Under the pieces are notes generated by a model. It ran no database searches, was not told the DNA's origin, and worked only from the letters and a program-made list of their open reading frames with translations. A stretch of DNA of 64,000 bases, from NCBI GenBank assembly GCA_021324155.1, contig JAJPJQ010000037.1:36427-100426 (forward strand). Reading direction: 5' to 3'. This document shows, piece after piece, positions 55,474 to 64,000 of this stretch (positions within the stretch are counted from its first letter, which is position 1; every line of letters starts with the position of its first letter). This stretch comes from Pseudomonadota bacterium. GTDB taxonomy: Bacteria; Desulfobacterota; Binatia; UBA9968. The position numbers were made by a program, and so were the translations under genes.

Positions 55474-56067
55474 ATGCAAGCGCACGAGATCGGCCAAATT
55501 ACTTTCGTCGGGTCTCAGATCGACGATCCAGAAATTCTTCCACGCCTGCCGCAGGACTTGGCGGCGCTGCTCAGGGAGACGAACGGCTTCGTTCTTTTTC
55601 ATGGCGGCTTGCACGTGCGCGGCGCCGTGCGCTTGCCGGCGTGGCATTCGCTCCGCCAGGTTATGGAAGGCGAAGATGCGCTGCACACGCTTTATCCTTC
55701 GGTAGCGTCAATCGACATCCCTTTCGCAGAGGACTGCATGGGAGATCAATTCTTACTCAGAGAAGATTCCGTATGGTGCCTGCGCACCGAGACCGGAGAA
55801 TTAGAAAAAACAGCGAATAGTCTGACCGAGTTCTGGGCCGCGATAGCGACAGATGCCTGTGGGGCGCTCAAGTTCAATCCGAATCTGCGCCTACAGCCGG
55901 GGCAGCTGCTGCTCGCCTATCCGCCTTTCTGCACGAAAGAATCCGCAAACGGCACAAGTCTCAAACCCGTACCGGCTTTGCAGCTCATTCACTTTCACGC
56001 CGATCTCGCCAAGCAAATAGCCCAGCTCCCGAAAGGCGCACAGTTCAAGATCGAGGTCGGGGATTAA
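55474..56067 (+). CDS. SMI1/KNR4 (SUKH-1 superfamily) protein, putative toxin-immunity protein
   Basis: Size and motif pattern (LP.DL..LL...NGF.LF.GGL...G......F.......D.FL...DGS) fit the SUKH-1 fold family. Confidence 0.55.
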   Translation: MQAHEIGQITFVGSQIDDPEILPRLPQDLAALLRETNGFVLFHGGLHVRGAVRLPAWHSLRQVMEGEDALHTLYPSVASIDIPFAEDCMGDQFLLREDSVWCLRTETGELEKTANSLTEFWAAIATDACGALKFNPNLRLQPGQLLLAYPPFCTKESANGTSLKPVPALQLIHFHADLAKQIAQLPKGAQFKIEVGD

Positions 56068-56239
56068 AACCGCGGAGTCGGAAGATTGCAGGGCCGGGAT
56101 TTCAACGATTCGAGACCCGACCGAAAAATTAATACTTCCACGTTTCCAGAATTCCGGAAAGCTGGAAACTTCACCCAGGCCCGAAAAATGTCTACTTTTG
56201 AACAGAAACATTCCGGCCGAACATGCAAATACGCATTAT

Positions 56240-56542
56240 ATGAGCACCGGCATATGGACCTTGGAATGTCAGACCTGCGGGCACAGCTTCGAGCTGAAAC
56301 TTAAAGCCGAGTTCGAAACCGTGATCGACTCGGTCATGAGCCGCGCCTGCACGGGCTGTAAAAAGGTTCCGATCGAACGCCCCAAGACCGACTGGCACCA
56401 CATCATGCGTTATCGCCATCCCGCGGGGGGGGGGGGCGTGCTAGATTCTGAGCAGGCGCAGACGGAAAAGACTCCCGGCCTCTCTCACCACCACGGCATA
56501 ACCGTCACCGCATACCCGCGCCCGTTCATGCACTGCACGTAA
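56240..56542 (+). CDS. Small Zn-ribbon-like hypothetical protein whose C-terminus depends on a G12 homopolymer
   Basis: CQTCGH...CTGCKK (two CxxC pairs), then the GGGG-encoding poly-G. The downstream reading overlaps a convergent lipoprotein ORF. Confidence 0.3.
   Translation: MSTGIWTLECQTCGHSFELKLKAEFETVIDSVMSRACTGCKKVPIERPKTDWHHIMRYRHPAGGGGVLDSEQAQTEKTPGLSHHHGITVTAYPRPFMHCT
56425..56436. repeat. Homopolymeric G12 tract inside a coding region
   Basis: Directly seen: ccgc gggggggggggg cgtg. Confidence 0.9.
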
Positions 56543-56730
56543 AGACTCCGCATGGCGGCGTCGCCGCCCCTCGCCCGCGGAAACGCCATTCTCACCTCGC
56601 GCTCGCACTCGTAACTGGCGCGGTCGTAATCCACCTGCGATCTTCCGGCGGGCATGGGGGATTCCGTCGACTCCGTCTGGGCGCAGCCGGCGAGCAAGAC
56701 CAGAAAACATAGCCGAAGGCATTTTTTCAT
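56485..56730 (-). CDS. Small hypothetical lipoprotein
   Basis: MKKCLRLCFLVLLAGCAQTE is a lipoprotein signal peptide with lipobox LAGC. Confidence 0.4.
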   Translation of the reverse strand: MKKCLRLCFLVLLAGCAQTESTESPMPAGRSQVDYDRASYECEREVRMAFPRARGGDAAMRSLYVQCMNGRGYAVTVMPWW

Positions 56731-56931
56731 AATCGTGACCGACACTCGCCGGCGCTAAGCAATATAGCGGATCGATGCGCGAACGCGAAGCCGCCCCCGT
56801 CCTCGCGCCTGTCGGCTGTCGCCTCTCGCCTCACGCCTGCCCTGAGCTAAGTCGAAGGGCGGGATCGGATCAGGCTAGGTTAGGAGCGGACGCGGGATGA
56901 AAAAGTCAAGATTCAAGACTTGACCCCGAAT

Positions 56932-57141
56932 CTACTTCTTTAACCGCTCGAACAATGTTTCCCAGCGCATGTTGCCGAGACGCGTAGCGCCCTTCCTTCC
57001 GGTATAGGCGGCGAGCCCGGCGCGGTTGATTTCGACGCGACCGAGGTACTTACCCCCTTTTGTGTACGCCCACACAGTCAGACCGCGCAGGTTGAGTTCC
57101 ACTTCCTCGTGCAGCTTCAGGTATCCCATCCGCTTTTTCAT
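56932..57141 (-). CDS. Small hypothetical protein (69 aa)
   Basis: ORF MKKRMGYLKLHEEVELNLRGLTVWAYTKGGKYLGRVEINRAGLAAYTG..., just downstream of the GmrSD-like gene. Confidence 0.3.
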   Translation of the reverse strand: MKKRMGYLKLHEEVELNLRGLTVWAYTKGGKYLGRVEINRAGLAAYTGRKGATRLGNMRWETLFERLKK

Positions 57142-57203
57142 GTACTTCTCCTTTTGATGTGGAGTTGTTCTCGATCCTAGTCTCCTCTGTAGGCCATCGG
57201 TTT

Positions 57204-58595
57204 TCAGTTTTTTGCGCCGAGTTTGCGGTTGTGCGTCCGGCACAACAGTTGTGCGTTCTCGACGTCGGTTTGGCCACCCTTGCTGTGTGGTAATACATGA
57301 TCGGCCTCGTATTCGGACCAAGATACACGGCAATCCGGTTCTGGCTTTCCCGCCTTAATGCACGCTTGGCACAACCCATTGTCGCGTCTGTAAATCAGAA
57401 TCCGGTCCGCCTCACTGAAAGCCCGCCTCGAATCTTTGACGATGATCTTGACGCCTTTTTCCTTTGCGAACTCAAAGAATAGCTGGCGGATGATTCTGTG
57501 CCGTGCCTCCACTTCATTGCTCGTCTGCTGCCGACTATCCGAGAACGCAACGATGTCGCGGTCGTCTTCCGACTTCTTTTTCCAACGCTGATGAAAGGCT
57601 ATGACGAAGTCGTGAAACAACTTCTTTTCCGCTTGGCCCCAGACGTAGTGGGTTGCCAAGTGGCGGAGTAGCAAATAGACGGAAAGGATGAAGTATTCAA
57701 TGCGCAACTCCTTGATTGCTCCGTTGCTGTCGTCGCGCATCGGATCATCTTTGAATACTTCATAGAGAGCATTCATGTTGTGCAGCACAGACTTCGCGTG
57801 CGCTTGTTTCTCGAACGACAGATTCCCAATCCCATCTGCAACTTGGTACTTGTCGATGTAATCTGTAACGTCGCCGTCCTGGATGTTCGCTGGACCATTC
57901 GCTTGTTCCAGGATGAGGAAACGCGTGAGGATGGCCAAGTGCTGCATGCGGTCATTCCCTCGGTCGATGACCGTGAAGAATTTGTGCTTATCCTTATTGC
58001 TATCCACGGGCGTGTACTTTTCGTAGTCAAACGTGATGTCGTCCGCGTACTTGACCACGAAGTTCCGGCTTAAGCTGGAGAGCCGCGCGTGTGCCTTCTC
58101 CATGTACGTAAGGTCCTCACCTTGCTGCAGACGCCAGAAGATGTCCGCTGCGACGCTCTGGTGCTGGGGGTTCCTGGGGTCTTCAATGCCCTTTACAATG
58201 TCGGCGTTATACTTCAACTCTTTATCCACAAACTTGCGCACATCTGCCGATAGCTTCGAGTACGTCTTGCCCGGCAATGACGGATAGACATCCTTGAGCG
58301 TGTTCGGCAAGGCAAGTTCGTCCGTGAGGAAGTCCTGGGCGGTGGTGATGCGTTGTTGGCCGTCGATAACTTCCTTGACGGTGCGCTCTTCGTCCAACCG
58401 AACCAGCCGGATAACGATACGTGGGATGTAGTAGCGACGGAAAAGGCTGTCAAGAAGCGCCTGTTGCTTCTTTCGACTCCAGACGCTTTTGCGCTGGTAC
58501 GGCGGACGAACTACGTACTCATCCTTGTAGTCAGCGAAATCCTTGATCGCGATCGCGTCAAAACCAACGTCGTATGCGGTTCGCGGATTGAACAT
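57204..58595 (-). CDS. GmrSD-family type IV restriction endonuclease-like protein (N-terminal DUF262/ParB-like + C-terminal DUF1524/HNH)
   Basis: DUF262 signature (VRPPYQRKSVW...IDGQQRITT). C-terminal His-Me finger (ADHVLPHSKGGQTDVENAQLLCRTHNRKLG). Confidence 0.75.
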   Translation of the reverse strand: MFNPRTAYDVGFDAIAIKDFADYKDEYVVRPPYQRKSVWSRKKQQALLDSLFRRYYIPRIVIRLVRLDEERTVKEVIDGQQRITTAQDFLTDELALPNTLKDVYPSLPGKTYSKLSADVRKFVDKELKYNADIVKGIEDPRNPQHQSVAADIFWRLQQGEDLTYMEKAHARLSSLSRNFVVKYADDITFDYEKYTPVDSNKDKHKFFTVIDRGNDRMQHLAILTRFLILEQANGPANIQDGDVTDYIDKYQVADGIGNLSFEKQAHAKSVLHNMNALYEVFKDDPMRDDSNGAIKELRIEYFILSVYLLLRHLATHYVWGQAEKKLFHDFVIAFHQRWKKKSEDDRDIVAFSDSRQQTSNEVEARHRIIRQLFFEFAKEKGVKIIVKDSRRAFSEADRILIYRRDNGLCQACIKAGKPEPDCRVSWSEYEADHVLPHSKGGQTDVENAQLLCRTHNRKLGAKN

Positions 58596-58662
58596 ATAAC
58601 CTATCCCTCCTCACCCCTCCTCATCCTCGTTGTCGCGGCCGAGGCAGTATCGTGTGCGTGGT

Positions 58663-60156
58663 TTAGCTCTCACTCTTGGTCAGCTTCCCGGCAATCTTAG
58701 AAAACAGCTGGAAGGCGGTTTCCAGTTCGTCCGCTATTTCAGCAGCAAGCACGTCGGGAGCTGGCAGCGAGTCGGTGTCGGTAAGGCTTTGGTCTTTGAT
58801 CCAGAACAAGTCGAGGCTTAGTTTGTCGCGCTTGAGAATCTCATCGTAGCTGTAGCAGCGCCAACGGCCATCCGGGTTCTCTTCGCTCCAGGTTTCTTTT
58901 CGGTCGTGAATTTTCCCGGGTTGATAGCACGCGACAAACTCCTCGAAGTCCTTTCGCGTGATAGGCGCTTGCTTTTGCGTAAAGTGTTTGTTTGTCCGCA
59001 GATCATAGACCCAAAGGTTTTCGGTCCACGGCTCGGGTCGGCCTTCCCTTTTGTCGAAGAAGAGCACGTTAGCCTTGACGCCGGGCGAATACCAGATGCC
59101 GGTGGGCAGACGCAGCAGAGTATGGACGTTGCATTTTCCCAGGAGGTTTTTGCGAATCTTCTCACCTGCGCCGCCCTCGAAAAGCACGTTGTCCGGGACA
59201 ACAACCGCAGCGCGTCCGTCTATTTTCAGGAGCGAGAACATATGCTGCAGGAAATTGAGTTGCTTGTTGCTGGTGGAAGTCCAGAAATCTTCCCGCACTA
59301 TGACCTGGTCGTCTTTTTCCGTGTCGCCTTCCTCGTTCACAAAAAGCAGACTCTGGCTTTTACCGAAGGGCGGATTGGCCAGAATCATCGTGTATTCCTT
59401 GCTCCATGGCGCGGCGAGGCTGTCATGACCCGAGTGGACGACGACCTTGTCACCGCCAATGCCGTGCAGGTAGAGGTTCATCGCGCACATGCGGGCGACC
59501 TTGGGCGATAGCTCCATGCCCTCAACTAATTCCTCACGAAGCGCCCGCTTCTCTTCCGCGTTCAGCTCCTTAACGAACTTGTCGAGCACGTAGTTGTAAG
59601 CGGTGAAAAGGAAGCCGCCCGTGCCGGCGGCAGGGTCGCAGATGCGGTCTTGGGGTGTGGGCTGCATCACTTCGACCATCGCCTGGATGACGGCGCGAGT
59701 CGTGAAATATTGGCCCGCGCCCTTGGTTGATTCAGACGCGGACCGCTGGAGCAGCTCCTCGTAAATCGTGCCCTTCACGTCAACCGGCAGGCTCAACCAG
59801 TCCTCTTTATCAATAAGGTTGACGATGAGCTGTTTCAGCAGCGCCGGGTTATGTATGTCGCAGCGGGCGCCCTTGAAGATGACGCCCAACAGGCCGGGCT
59901 TAAGCGCAAGCTTCTCGATGGATTCGCTGTACTGTTTTTCCAACGCGGCGCCGTCGAGCTTGAGCAGCGCTTTCCAGCCGAGATCCGGTGGCACGATGGG
60001 CGGCTTGTTGTGCGGCGGCTCAGTTAGCTGGTCCGCCATCTTGAGGAAGAGCAGCATCGTGAGTTGCTCGACATATTCCACACAGCTCAATCCGGCCTGC
60101 TGTAAGACTCCGGCGTAGCTCCATGCCCGTTTCCCGATTTGCGATGCGTCGATCAT
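58663..60156 (-). CDS. hsdM: Type I restriction-modification system DNA methyltransferase subunit
   Basis: N6-adenine MTase motifs: AdoMet binding DPAAGTGGFL, catalytic NPPFG. Confidence 0.9.
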   Translation of the reverse strand: MIDASQIGKRAWSYAGVLQQAGLSCVEYVEQLTMLLFLKMADQLTEPPHNKPPIVPPDLGWKALLKLDGAALEKQYSESIEKLALKPGLLGVIFKGARCDIHNPALLKQLIVNLIDKEDWLSLPVDVKGTIYEELLQRSASESTKGAGQYFTTRAVIQAMVEVMQPTPQDRICDPAAGTGGFLFTAYNYVLDKFVKELNAEEKRALREELVEGMELSPKVARMCAMNLYLHGIGGDKVVVHSGHDSLAAPWSKEYTMILANPPFGKSQSLLFVNEEGDTEKDDQVIVREDFWTSTSNKQLNFLQHMFSLLKIDGRAAVVVPDNVLFEGGAGEKIRKNLLGKCNVHTLLRLPTGIWYSPGVKANVLFFDKREGRPEPWTENLWVYDLRTNKHFTQKQAPITRKDFEEFVACYQPGKIHDRKETWSEENPDGRWRCYSYDEILKRDKLSLDLFWIKDQSLTDTDSLPAPDVLAAEIADELETAFQLFSKIAGKLTKSES

Positions 60157-60166
60157 GAAAGTCTCT

Positions 60167-61717
60167 CTAGGTTTTTACAGTAACGCGTCGGCGCGGTGTC
60201 CTGGTTCTCTTGACGGTCTGTTTGATAGCGGCAGCCTTCCGAGCGCGCTCCTCACGTTCAGCGGCTATCCGTTTGAGCAACTCGCTGGCGGGTTCGTCGT
60301 TGGGGTCCTGCGGGACGAGTTTACCGGTGAACGCATGGCGCAGAATGGATTGGCGCAATGCTTGTGAGCTCTCTAATTTTGCTTCCAGGTCTGCTTCGAG
60401 ATGTTCAATCACCGAGAACTGATCTTCGAGAGATTCGGCAAGCTGCTCCTGTTCCGCTTCTGGTGGAAGCGGTAAAACCAACGGTTCGAGAACACCCAGG
60501 CTGATATTGTGCTGTCCAGCCGACGTAGCAGCGCGAGTTTCGATCCACTGCCGAACCAGTGAACTGTCCCAAAGAAAGGAAATCCACTTCAGAAGGGGTG
60601 ATAATGGGATTAGACGCAGGCGAATAAGATATGATGCGAAAGAAAACCTCCCATTGGGCTTCTCGCGAACAACTGCACCACGCCCGATCAAGGTTCGGCT
60701 TCCGTTGGTCCTCACAACCAACAAATCGCCAGTATCCACTAGTTCTCTATCGGATTCTCTATATTTGGGTGATGCGTACTTAATTTTTTCGAGGTTCAGC
60801 TTGCCTCCAATAATGTTCGGAATCCGAAGTACTGGAAGTCCCTTATTGATTTCACTGCACTTCTGCGATGTGCCGTAGCCGGACGCCCAAGCGAGTTGGT
60901 CGAGCGACGCCCAACACCATCCATCCGGTAACGTCGGTAGGTTCGTGGTATCCGGGTCGATGGGCTCTTGGTATTTGGCCTTCCAGTTTTTCGGCGGCTC
61001 CTTGCCCGCGGCCTTGAACTTTTCGAGCTGGGATTCTTCCCAGCGGCGGCGGCGCTCAGCGAGGATGCGGGTGAGAGGCGCGGTGGCGGGTTCGATGTCG
61101 GGATGTTCGTCGCGCCAATCTGCGGTCAATGCGCCTTCTACCGCCGCCTTTAGCACGGCCGCCCGATAGTGTTTCAGCTTCGCTCGCGCCCGCTCTAACG
61201 CCACCACACCCGCGTCAAGATCGGAGAGGAGTTCGTCGAGCGTGTCAGCGATGCGGGTTTGCTCGGAGGAAGGTGCAATTGGAATGGGAAACGTTCGAAC
61301 GACCTTCCCGGATATTGCTTTGAAAGTTGTCCCTGTACCCCTGTTATCCAGCTCTGCGGCAAAACGTCGAAGAGCATATAAGAGGTATTTTAGATTGACG
61401 CCATGTTCGGGGTGAACCGCTGACAAACCGCGACCGATGCAGGACTTTGCTGGTGCAAGATTAGTTGGTCCGACTGGGGCTCGAACACAAAGCAAGATAT
61501 CATTCTTCTCAGCAATCTTACCCGGGCGCGAACACCAGATTCGTGCATCAGGATAGAGATTGCCGAAGTCTGCTTTACCTTGGAAAAATGGCAAACCGTC
61601 GCCTGTGGAATTGTAAGTTGATGACGGTGGCGATTGCCCCATGACGATCGTCGAGATCTCGGATAGCTCGCATGTCACCCACCCATCAGGCAGTTGTTGC
61701 CCGTTTACCTCAGTCAT
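60167..61717 (-). CDS. hsdS: Type I restriction-modification system specificity subunit
   Basis: Two target-recognition domains separated and followed by conserved coiled-coil spacer regions (LP.GW....L..I). Confidence 0.85.
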   Translation of the reverse strand: MTEVNGQQLPDGWVTCELSEISTIVMGQSPPSSTYNSTGDGLPFFQGKADFGNLYPDARIWCSRPGKIAEKNDILLCVRAPVGPTNLAPAKSCIGRGLSAVHPEHGVNLKYLLYALRRFAAELDNRGTGTTFKAISGKVVRTFPIPIAPSSEQTRIADTLDELLSDLDAGVVALERARAKLKHYRAAVLKAAVEGALTADWRDEHPDIEPATAPLTRILAERRRRWEESQLEKFKAAGKEPPKNWKAKYQEPIDPDTTNLPTLPDGWCWASLDQLAWASGYGTSQKCSEINKGLPVLRIPNIIGGKLNLEKIKYASPKYRESDRELVDTGDLLVVRTNGSRTLIGRGAVVREKPNGRFSFASYLIRLRLIPLSPLLKWISFLWDSSLVRQWIETRAATSAGQHNISLGVLEPLVLPLPPEAEQEQLAESLEDQFSVIEHLEADLEAKLESSQALRQSILRHAFTGKLVPQDPNDEPASELLKRIAAEREERARKAAAIKQTVKRTRTPRRRVTVKT

Positions 61718-64000
61718 GCCGCTAGCCGTTCATTCAACTCCACGAGGAGCGGTTGGAGCTTGTCGCCAAAAAGAGCGTAGGCTTTGCCGAGGCTACCTTG
61801 TTGGCCGAACCAGCCGTCTTCAAAGTCTTCGGCCCGAATTGCCAGACTGGTAGCGATGTGCTCGGCCATGCGGTCGAGCCATTCGCGCTGCTCGGGTGTA
61901 AACGTTTTTGCAGCGTCGCGCTCGGCAAGCCACGCGGCGTAACGCGCCCGTACTTCTTCGGCGTAGGGTTTAAGCATGAGATCGGGGACGAGCGCATGGC
62001 GAACAAGAGTGACGAGGTCAGCGAGTTGTGATCCGCCAATGCCCGCGACCTTCTCAGTCTCAACGGCCTGGAAGGCGCGCCAAAGCTGAGTCGGGGTCGC
62101 CGCAAGCGGCGGTGTGGAGATAGCGTTTTTCAACTGGTGGAGATCCTTGAGTGATAGCTTGAGCGGTTTGGTGCCGGAGTAGAGAACTTGCAGCGCGGTG
62201 AGTTCGTCTTTATGGGCGGCGATCCAGGCGCGGAAGTCCTTCACCTTGGCTTGCGCCTTGTCAACGGCGGATGCGTCAAATCCTGAGTAGAGCACGTCAT
62301 CGATTGTGTGGCGGTCAATAGTCTGCTCGTTCTGTGCGCGGATTTCGATGATGCGGCGACGGAATACGGCCTTTAGAAACGGTGTGACGGCCCCCTGCGC
62401 GAGTTCATCGCCGGCCTGTTTGACTTGTTCCTCAGTCGGCTGCGCAACGCCGAATTTCTTTCGGGCGGTGGCAATCTGGGCATCAGGGTCGCAGGCACGC
62501 ATTAGATCGCCCGCGAGACTGGGAAAGGATTTGCCCCCGGCAAGTTCGCGCAGTTCACTTAACTGTTCGGTAGTGAATTCGCGTTGCATGCGCGCGAGGC
62601 GCCCTGCCAGCGTGGTAAGCGCGTCCGGATCGGTGCCGCCCTGGGCTATGTATTCGAGCAGTTCTGGTAGCGTTGCGGAAGGCTTGCGGTTGAGCGTATG
62701 GGAATCCGTCTTGTCCTGCTCGCAGACACCGACGGCATCCACCACGATGAAGCGCTCCTTGGCCTTGGCGCTGGGAGTAACGACCTTGAGCTTGTCCGGT
62801 GAAATAACACGTACGCCGCGCCCCTTCATCTGCTCGAAGAAGCCGGCCGACTTCACGTTGCGTAAAAAGAAGACGCATTCGATGGGCTTGACGTCGGTCC
62901 CGGTCGAAATCATGTCCACCGTAACCGCGATGCGCGGATAGTAGCCGGTGCGGAAGTTGGTGAGAATTTCGTCGGGCGAGAGCTTGGAGGTCTTCAGCCA
63001 CTCGGTGACTTCAGACTCGGTTCCGTCATCGTTCTTCACCTTCTTTACGACGCGAGTGAATCCCGTGCGGTATGTAATCTTTTCGCAAAACTCGTTTCTC
63101 TCGGCGAACTCGTCACGGATCATGCGAACAATGTCGTCGGCATGAGAGTCGTCTTTAGCAAAGATAAGCGTCTTCGGGACCTCTTTGCGGTCCGGGTAAG
63201 CATCCGGCAGTACTTTGTCGCGGAACTCCCGGATGACGGTGCGAATCTGGCTTTCGGAGACGACATCCGCGTTTAGTTGGTTGGCGGTGTAGGTAAGGTC
63301 TTGCGTGAGTAGCTCGATTCGCTCGGCGCGGGTCAGTTTGTGGCGCTTGTCCACATACACACCTGAGTCATCGGCGACAATGGTCGCGCCGCCCTCGGTG
63401 ATGCGGGTACGGATGCGGTAAACATCGAAGTCCACGTTGACGCCGTCGGTAACTGCTTCGTCGTGGCCGTACTGCATGACGAGGTTTTGCTTGAAAAAGC
63501 CGATGGTCTTCCCGGCGGGTGTAGCGGTAAGGCCGATAAGGAACGCATCGAAATAAAGAAGCACCTGCGCCCACAATTCGTAGATGGAACGGTGGCACTC
63601 GTCTACGATGACGAAATCGAAGAACTCCGGCGGGATGCCCGCATTGTAAACCACATCGGGCGGATCGCCCTTCCACGGTTTGGCGGAATCGAAGCCGGAG
63701 CCTTCCTCGTTTTCCGCGTCGAACTCGACTTCACCCTTCAACATGGAGTAGAGGCGCTGGATAGTGGTTATGACGACCTTGGAGGCGGGATTGATGGAAT
63801 TGCTCTTGAGCCGCTGGACGGTATAGAGCGTAGGGAATTTGCGCGTGTCGTCCGGCGGAGTGTAATTGGCAAACTCGTCCTCGGTCTGCTTGCCGAGATT
63901 GCCGCGATCCACGAGGAAAAGAATGCGCTTCGCGCCGCCGAACTTCAGCAGGCGATAGGCGCTACTGACGGCGGTGAAGGTCTTGCCGGAGCCGGTCGCC
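61714..64000 (-). CDS. hsdR: Type I restriction enzyme endonuclease subunit, 5'-partial (continues beyond the window end)
   Basis: SF2 helicase motifs. Walker A TGSGKT is encoded at 63979-63996 in frame upstream of the tabulated ORF start, with DEAD-box-like VIVDECHRS. The stop overlaps the hsdS start. Confidence 0.85.
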   Translation of the reverse strand, partial: ATGSGKTFTAVSSAYRLLKFGGAKRILFLVDRGNLGKQTEDEFANYTPPDDTRKFPTLYTVQRLKSNSINPASKVVITTIQRLYSMLKGEVEFDAENEEGSGFDSAKPWKGDPPDVVYNAGIPPEFFDFVIVDECHRSIYELWAQVLLYFDAFLIGLTATPAGKTIGFFKQNLVMQYGHDEAVTDGVNVDFDVYRIRTRITEGGATIVADDSGVYVDKRHKLTRAERIELLTQDLTYTANQLNADVVSESQIRTVIREFRDKVLPDAYPDRKEVPKTLIFAKDDSHADDIVRMIRDEFAERNEFCEKITYRTGFTRVVKKVKNDDGTESEVTEWLKTSKLSPDEILTNFRTGYYPRIAVTVDMISTGTDVKPIECVFFLRNVKSAGFFEQMKGRGVRVISPDKLKVVTPSAKAKERFIVVDAVGVCEQDKTDSHTLNRKPSATLPELLEYIAQGGTDPDALTTLAGRLARMQREFTTEQLSELRELAGGKSFPSLAGDLMRACDPDAQIATARKKFGVAQPTEEQVKQAGDELAQGAVTPFLKAVFRRRIIEIRAQNEQTIDRHTIDDVLYSGFDASAVDKAQAKVKDFRAWIAAHKDELTALQVLYSGTKPLKLSLKDLHQLKNAISTPPLAATPTQLWRAFQAVETEKVAGIGGSQLADLVTLVRHALVPDLMLKPYAEEVRARYAAWLAERDAAKTFTPEQREWLDRMAEHIATSLAIRAEDFEDGWFGQQGSLGKAYALFGDKLQPLLVELNERLAA

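Noticed and set aside
1-64000. CRISPR arrays, rRNA genes and transposases/IS elements
   Set aside because: No regularly spaced direct repeats, no rRNA-like conserved stretches, and no transposase/integrase-like ORFs were seen on either strand.

Overview
This is a high-GC bacterial chromosomal segment (about 65-70% GC by eye). An F420-dependent LLM oxidoreductase, many NMT1-like solute-binding proteins and abundant Arg/Ala-rich antisense pseudo-ORFs point to an environmental lineage; the taxon cannot be assigned from sequence alone. The window holds about 55 genes.

1. 1-17 kb: a metabolic neighbourhood with four paralogous orphan NMT1/THI5-like ABC substrate-binding proteins and no cognate permease or ATPase in the window. 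It also has two VOC/glyoxalase proteins, a citrate-synthase-like (citryl-CoA lyase-type) protein, a YeiH-family exporter and a GT-C membrane glycosyltransferase-like protein. An acetone-carboxylase-like operon reads HyuA-like beta subunit - SBP - HyuB-like alpha subunit fused to an AcxC-like Zn-ribbon gamma domain - SCP-x-type thiolase - DUF35. An FKBP-sirtuin pair and an MFS transporter follow.
2. 17-29 kb: the most unusual locus. Five tandem minus-strand paralogs encode CSLREA / right-handed parallel beta-helix surface proteins. Each has a conserved ~75-90-aa N-terminal domain upstream of an internal signal-anchor-like hydrophobic segment (anti-sigma-like topology). A large TPR / glycosyltransferase-family-9 (heptosyltransferase-like) gene sits inside the array, and a frameshifted sixth-paralog remnant lies at 17.06-17.34 kb.
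3. 29-47 kb: Zn-ADH, a tandem-DUF427 protein, an orphan Mo-hydroxylase large subunit, tRNA-Asn(GTT), Mut7-C, an esterase, an F420 LLM oxidoreductase, an HExxH aminopeptidase lipoprotein, a heterodimeric ABC exporter, MutY, MtgA, two tandem MsrPQ-like molybdoenzyme/cytochrome modules, an M20 peptidase and DUF1428.
4. 47-57 kb: a TMTC-like TPR membrane protein, a gene split by a frameshift in an A6 run, a GT2-like protein, a CHASE2-only sensor convergent with a stand-alone class III nucleotide cyclase, an orphan SUKH immunity protein, and a G12 homopolymer inside a small ORF.
5. 57-64 kb: a lower-GC defence island with GmrSD-like type IV (DUF262+HNH) and a type I RM system in R-S-M order. HsdR runs off the window end.
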